A stretch of 64,000 nt of DNA from Takakia lepidozioides (taxonomy: Eukaryota > Plantae > Bryophyta). Location of the stretch: assembly GCA_030704615.1 (NCBI GenBank), contig CM060733.1, forward strand, positions 73,098,001 to 73,162,000, read 5' to 3'. The notes below the pieces were generated by a model. The model was not told the origin of the DNA and searched no databases. It was given only the letters and a program-made list of their open reading frames with translations. Both the position numbers and the translations under genes were made by a program. Below are positions 63,299 to 64,000 of the stretch, piece after piece. Every line of letters starts with the position of its first letter. The stretch's first letter is position 1.

Positions 63299-64000
63299 CT
63301 GAAGATTAAAGCAACATCCACAACCATCAGAAACGGAGCCTTGTTAAATGTATCCCCATGAATGTCCTATTGGCATGATGACAGGAGAACATACACTTCA
63401 CGTGTGCATAGGAATGTTCCAACCTAGACCGAAGCATCTAGAATATGACAGCGTGTAACCGAAACAAAGCACCTTTACGACCTGCCAAATCCTCCCAAAA
63501 GGACAGTATTCTACGGTTCCATAGCAATATCCAGGAGAACAGCTCAAGTGAAGAACACACTCCTCAACAATCGTAAGGGAAAAAGGTGAGCTCCTAGTCT
63601 TAAACTCACGGCACCGACGCAGCCTATAAGTGGTTGACAGATTCGGGCTCTCAGAGGCATGAAGACTGATGCTGCAAAGCGATGAAGTCGGAAATTTGGT
63701 TCCGCGCACTGTCGAAGCACCCAATCTCTGTCTAGCAGCTTGGGCAACGAGATAAATGAATCAAGTGTTTAGGACTACAGGAAAAAGGGGTAAAATCGGG
63801 GATTAAAGAGGACAATCAGATCCGATGAGAACTGGTATAAAAACAGACGAGGGATGGACTTCGCATACATGGTAGAGACGCGCTAACATGCAGACAGTGG
63901 AGAAGAGAGACAGGAGAAAATGTAGGCGTGCGAGCTTGCAGGCTGTGTCGCGCACCTTGCCTGTCTTACAAGCACGTGACCAAAGCTTGCCCCACGCCGC

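Overview
Eukaryotic, intron-containing DNA, most likely from a non-seed land plant (inferred from the plant clade-F PP2C, PPR, CACTA and FLDD-type Ty3 sequences). About 1-58 kb is a nest of broken and partly inverted transposons. The only clearly intact host gene is a 4-exon PP2C at the right end (60480-63298, minus). Ordinary components are Ty3/gypsy pieces of two lineages, a split CACTA element, a Sola-like transposase, an L1 tail and PPR fragments. The window also repeatedly contains pieces of what looks like one unusual large DNA-element family in several diverged versions. Its parts are (i) a MULE-type DDE transposase with a GCM/WRKY-like zinc region, (ii) an intron-containing bacterial/phage-type beta-class N6A/N4C methyltransferase whose DPPY motif reads DIPD or DLPN in every copy, (iii) a ParB/Srx-like (DGNHR) gene, and (iv) subfamily-specific arrays of palindromes, often inside introns. 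The clearest array has 18-19 units of about 81 bp at 46868-48345; it looks CRISPR-like but is not CRISPR. The most complete cluster is about 44950-58040. Nearly all element genes carry stops or frameshifts, and I could not find element termini. All protein assignments come from motif recognition by eye; no searches were run.
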